The notes below the pieces were generated by a model. That model saw only the letters and a program-made list of their open reading frames with translations. It had not been told where the DNA came from and made no database searches. This document shows positions 58,186 through 64,000 of a stretch of 64,000 nucleotides of DNA, piece after piece (the first letter of the stretch is position 1; each line of letters opens with the position of its first letter). The DNA is from Eledone cirrhosa (taxonomy: Eukaryota). The stretch lies in the NCBI GenBank assembly GCA_964016885.1, contig CAXHJY010000531.1, positions 1 to 64,000 of the forward strand. The letters are read 5' to 3'. Position numbers and translations under genes: made by a program.

Positions 58186-59148
58186 TCTTTTCTACAGTTC
58201 CTTAAAATGTTTCCGCATAAAAGAACTGGTGTAAACCTCCTTTCAGATGTAACCTTGTAGAAGATCAGTGTATATTTATATATATATGTGTGTGTGTATA
58301 TAAATATATATTATAAGAATTTTCTGCACTATAGCCATATATGTATATATATATTTTTTTTATTTAAGTGTTTATTTGTGAGCGTTGTGTTTGCACCACC
58401 TTAATTCATAAATTGTGGTGTAAGTAGGATTAAGCACTCTATGTCAGTTGTATGTATTCAATAGTGATATAAGATTGCTAACAATGAAGTATTTGTATAT
58501 ATATATATATAATGTTGTTTTTTTCTCTTTCATTTCATAAAACCAAATACCTACAACTACATTGCACTAAACACACACTATGTATAATGTTGTCAAAGTC
58601 CTACGACAATGGACCTAACCGCAAAGTTGCAATATCTCGCTAGTAAGTAGCAATAACTCTTTCCCTCCAATTCAACTGAGATAACCTCAGTTTATATGTC
58701 ATATAACATCTCAGATATTAACGTCTGTCTTTACATTGAAATTAAAAACCTCCCATCATTATTTCATGTAAGAACCATCTTGTTTTGTGTCATATATGTA
58801 GTCCTAGATACAGGCCTTACCTTGAAGATGTCACACCATACCAACCAATGTAGCACAAATGTCCGAAATGTAGTGCTATCTTTCCAAATAACATGCCTAA
58901 CCATTAGAAATATATGTTCTGTACCATCTACAATATATATATATATAAGATTAAGGCTTGGTGCAGTCAACTGGCCCAACCTCCCTCATAGAGAGACCAC
59001 TCATGATCCCGATGTGAGCAGGGTATGGCATGGCCAGACCCTCCTCATAATGTCACATGACTCAGGGCTCCACTATAGGTAAGGCCAACTGGCCAGACCT
59101 CCCTCATAATGAGACCACCCAGATCCCCAAATACAGTAACAGTCCTAA

Positions 59149-59359
59149 GGGGGTGCTGAAAAGTTCCTGGCTTGATCGCTGCTACAGAGGAATGGTTGGA
59201 GTTCCAACCTTCTGAATTCTTTTTACATGGCTTAGAAAAACTGAAGGATTGCTGCAATAAGTGTGTGAATCTGAAAGGGGAATATGTTGAATAAAATCAT
59301 AATTAACTGATGCTCCTGTATTTTCTTTTATTGAAAGCCAGGAACTTTTCTGCACCCCT
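59149..59359 (+). mobile_element. Mariner-derived MITE
   Basis: TIRs ggggtgctgaaaagttcctggctt / aagccaggaacttttctgcacccc; internal GLEKL...KCVNLKGEYVE* is a transposase C-terminus. Confidence 0.85.
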
Positions 59360-61949
59360 GGTGTGTGTGTATATATATATGTATACAAAGAGAGAGAGAC
59401 TCTAAAGTGTCAACCTGTAGCATTATTGCAGATATAATGATTTTATTTTTTTATTGAGGCCAGATTTTAAATTTATTTCTCGGCTACATATTCAGTCGTT
59501 GATATAATTAGATAAATAAAACAAGGTAGGGGATAATTCAAAATTAATTTTGATAGAAACTTTGTTGTTAGTAACCCAGCTACCCCGAACGTCTCGAATA
59601 CAAAATAAGTTTTTCAAATGTTAGTTTATGTAATATATTTTTTACTCTTTATACGTTGTTACTTGTTTAGGGTCTTTTATAACATTTATTTCATCTTTGC
59701 TTTATTTATAGTGGGGAGAGTTTAACTGGGTGTAATATCTTTCAGATAGAAATTCAATTCCCGGTGTCTGTCATGACATGTCTAAATGTCAGACTAAACC
59801 AAGCAGACATTTTGTTCATAGATATTCTTCCAGCCGTGACCATCTCGTATTACTTAGTATCTTAGTATTTCTGATATTGTGTATCAAGGCTACCTCACTG
59901 GCACCACACATAGATCTTATTGTCTTGCTGTATATAGCTCCATCTTCAATCTTATTATCCTTTGTTTAACACACACTAACAAACAAATGTAAACAAAATT
60001 ATGTAAATTTTTACAATTACACCCATTGGATATGCAATTTATGTTTTATGACAACCAATCGTCCTAATAGCCTGACGCCAAAACGTTTTTGATGTCATTC
60101 ATACATATTGAAATTGTGCCCTTGCCCAAACATCTGACACCCATAATGATAATAATAAAGTGCTCCTAGTCCAAATGGCACCCATTGCAAGTACCACACT
60201 TCCTAGTTACGCCTCTGATACAAACACACACGCAAATATATATATTATGCATACACATATAAGTGTGTGTATTTTAGAATCTCATTGAAGACAATGTTTT
60301 GTCTTTAGGTCACATCATCTGGTTGTCTGTTTTGGTATTACAAAAGGTTTGGCTGTTCTTTCTAACAATTGGAGTGACCACATCACTACACCAGCATTTA
60401 GAAAACAGTGTTGGATAGTACGTTTATGTAAAAGGATTTGGAAAAAGGAACAAAGCCTCTACAGATCCTCCTAGGACCGATATATGTATAATCAATGGTA
60501 TTCTAGCCATGACCAACATGTGTATATCTAAAACTACATCATTGAATGTGTCCGTCATTCTTTTAAAATGTGACTGCTGTTTCTAGCAGGTTGGGTGATA
60601 ATTCTAATAAGTAGGATACACTCTTCAAAAGCTTTCTTATCTGTGTAGTTTTTATTGTTGGGGCTTGTGTAAAACTTCAGCCCCAATCTAGCTTGACCCC
60701 AGTGAACAAAGGTTTAAATGTTACTCCAGTCGTGGTCAATGAAGAAGTTTGTATGAATCAGTGCTCTTTAATCCTTCCTGTCCAGAATGTTAGCTTTATG
60801 GAACTGAAAAGTAGACTTTTAAAACATACCAGCCATGATCATCCTGTGGTTTTATGAGTGTCTAAGACTACATCGTCATAAGTGTCCTTCATTGCTTTAG
60901 AACGTGCGAGAGACAAATATTTGGCTGGTGTATAACTCTGTTAAGACAACAGTCATTAGAAAGCTTTGTAGCATTTGTTTTCATTCTCTGAGTTCAACTT
61001 TGCCTTTCATCTAGTACTGGGGTCAATTCTTTTTCTGGAAGAAATCTGCTGTAATCAGACCTGGAGATGGGCTCTGCTAGGTTTTAAAAATAAGCCCTAG
61101 ATACGCTGTATGTTCACAGCCAATACACTCAAGTGTTCTTTAAAAACATTTTTTTCACGTTGCTCCAGTACACTCAACTGAGAGTAGGTAGCAACTAATG
61201 AGTGAATCCTGCGATAGACTGGCGTCCTGTCCAGGGAGAGTCTTGTACTCTCAGACACTTAATGCCATGAAAACCGGTGATAAGCTTAGAACAGACTTAA
61301 CTTTATATATACACTAAATTTTCGTTTAATCAATACATATATCGATGATGGAAGCCATAGTCTTAAGATACTTATTACCAAAATCGATGGTTTGCATATT
61401 TATATTTCCATATTTAGATCTGCCAAAGGTTATGTTACGATCCCGAAGTAAGTATATTTACGTGGCCCCTCACAAGGACGATTGACACCTTCTATAGCAG
61501 AGGACCATGAAAAACATCAGATGGCACCACCACATTTCCAACAAAGTGTTGCATGTGTGCCAGCCTACAGTCATGTCCTCCGCCAGATCATTGCTCTCGT
61601 TTGACACAAGATGGTTGGATATCATCAGGGAAGATATCCGGAGGCTCGACATCACCCTGGAGGATGTATAGGAAGTGGTACGAGACCGCTGGTGGACCTG
61701 GTCAGCTTAGCATGACCCCGGCCTCGTCGAGCAAGAATAGTAGATGTACAAATTACTCAGTTAATATACGGTGACCCTCCTCCCTATCTTATGTTTGAGA
61801 AATAGGTAAAAATCCGAATCTTATTTACGTAGAATTTGAAGTTGGCGAAAATCGCCAAGCTATTGACTCCGTGTATAAGTCAACCCCCTTCTACTATTGA
61901 TTTCTTTTCAAAAATACTAGTAGTTCCTCAATGGCTATATATCTTGTTA

Positions 61950-63380
61950 TCATCATCATCATTTAACGTCCATGTTCCACGCTTGCATGGGTTTGGACGG
62001 GAGTTTTCCCACTTGAGGCAGGAGTGGTTGTCTTGCTCGCATAGGACTCTCTGGCGGGTTTTCTACAGCTGGATGCCCTTCCTAACACCAACCACATTTA
62101 CAGTGTGGGACTGGGAGGTTTTTACCGTGTTGCCTACACGGCCACATTACAGCGTGGACTGTCTGGCGGGTTTTCTACAGCTGGATGCCCTTCCTAACAC
62201 CAACCACATTTACAGTGTGGGGCTGGGAGGTTTTTACTGTGTTGCCTACACGGCCACATTACAGCGTGGACTGTGTGTTTTTTTGTCGTGACACCTACAC
62301 GATCTCATTTGTTTCGGCACCAACGTAACTTTACATTGAAAGGGGCGGTGTGGATGGGGTGGGGGTGGTGTGACGGGGCGCGTATTTTGTTAGAGATGCC
62401 TACTGACTGTAGTAGGTTTACTTTGTATTTAGGCAAGGCGGGTCTTCTCTATTACTGAGTACCGCCAAAGATCTCAGTCCAGTGACTTTGTCTTGGAGAG
62501 GTGTAAGTGTGCGAGGTCGGAATTTATCAAGTCGTCCCAGGTTTTTCTGGGTCTGCTTACTCCGTGGCTACCGTCTATCTTTATTGCCCTGCACTTTTTT
62601 ATACAGCTGTCGTCTTTCATGCGCATCACGTGACCGTACCAACGTAGCCTTCTCTCGAGTAAACAACATCTGATCCCTCTTATTTCTAATTTTTCCCTCA
62701 GTTCGTTTATGCTTTGCCGTTCACGTATATTACTATTATACATCCAGCGGAGCATGCAAGCTTCGTTCCTCTCTAGTCTGCGTATATCCTCTGCACACAA
62801 TGCCCAGGTCTCACTGCCATGCAACATTGCTGTTCGTATGCAGGCATCATACAACCTGCCTTTCATTTTTAGGGAGAACCCTTTAGCGGCTAATAGTGGT
62901 ATAAGCTCTCTGAACTTTTTCCAACCAGTTCTGACTCTAGCTACAGTACTTTCAGAGCACCCTCCCCCACTGCTGATTTTGTCACCCAGGTAACGGAAGC
63001 TGTCCACTATTTCTATTATAGAACCCTCTGCGCAATTGAAAGAGCTAGTATTTTGTGGGCACTTGCTGCTACTTATTGCACCAGAGCACCAGCCACATGT
63101 AAAAATCTATGTTCTTAGTTAGCTTACCTGTGATCCCACTACATCTTTTATGCACCCATACTTTGCATTTGGGACATAAAATGGAGTTTCTACCTACGCC
63201 TTTCCTACACACTGAGCATGGCCATTTCCCGGAAGGGACCGGCGCCTTATTTTCTTTCCTACAAACTAGAACTTTAGTCTTAGCCAGGTTAATTTTAAGG
63301 CCTTTTGATTCTAGGCCGTGCTTCCATGTTTGGAATGTCTTCTCTAGCTCGGCCATTGATTCAGCTATGAGCGTTAGATC
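61950..63380 (-). mobile_element. RTE LINE 3' portion, about 1.4 kb, with (CAT)n tail
   Basis: ORFs 63069..63356 and 62474..63007; same family as 43068-43873. Confidence 0.93.
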
Positions 63381-64000
63381 ATAGAAACGGAATGACAGCG
63401 AGATAACACTCGGAATGTGTCGTTATCTCGCTTTCTTTCCATTTCTATATTTTAAAAAAAAAAAAATGAAAATGTTAGCTATGACTATTTCACTCAGTAG
63501 AATTGCGGCTTGTGCGTGGCGCTGCACGTAGCGTTTCTGGCTTCGCTGTCGTACTTATGTATGGCTGACCACTCGATCGTGTCTGAAGTTCGAACCGCTG
63601 TGAGGGTCAGCCGGGACTATTAGCAGGCCGGCTTGATCTAATTTTGATTAGTGTTAACTCAGTTTTGTTGTGGAACTCTTCTTTCTTTTTATTTCTCTTT
63701 AATAATACCATTTTGGATTTTACCCTCGGTAAAGAGGCATGTAAAGTTTTTATTTTTAATACAATGCTAACATACATTCTTGAGATACAAAAATTCGTTT
63801 TTATATATATACAAGACACTTTTTCTATTTGGAAACGTAAATACATTTGTATAAACACTCTTCGCTATATGTATTCTTTCTATTATAAAAACATCCATCT
63901 ATAGCCGTAACTCATTCTAACACTCGCCGATGTACGTGTTCTTCAGCATATACATACAATTAAACTAATCTTCTCTAGAAACTATATTCATGGCCACATT

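Noticed and set aside
58821-58927. Possible minus-strand exon (ag|ATGGTACAG...TTCAAG|gtaagg) as part of a third paralog
   Set aside because: The open frame lacks the family Cys pattern, and I found no partner exons, signal peptide or promoter. It remains an unsupported orphan.

Overview
This is AT-rich, microsatellite- and transposon-dense eukaryotic DNA. The repeat landscape of tRNA-derived SINEs, RTE/CR1 LINE fragments, mariner relics and Penelope-type inverted repeats suggests a coleoid cephalopod, probably an octopod (inference). Almost all ORFs in the supplied track are microsatellite or TE artefacts; the real genes are spliced. (1) A cystathionine gamma-lyase gene (CTH) on +, with 11 coding exons between 8524 and 26100; I could not find its first coding exon in the window. 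(2) A head-to-head pair of paralogous six-exon genes, which I reconstructed by hand and do not recognise, encoding small secreted cysteine-rich proteins. Gene A is on - (41471->30866, 134 aa) and gene B is on + (46209->55506, 130 aa). They share a 40-nt signal-peptide exon, intron phases, an internally duplicated two-exon Cys module, 11 mature cysteines (odd number), an identical TATAAATATGAA box 90-91 nt upstream of the ATG, and 5'/3' UTR motifs, yet their mature sequences are highly divergent. (3) Several Penelope-type inverted repeats carrying minimal hammerhead-ribozyme motifs, some in sense orientation inside introns.
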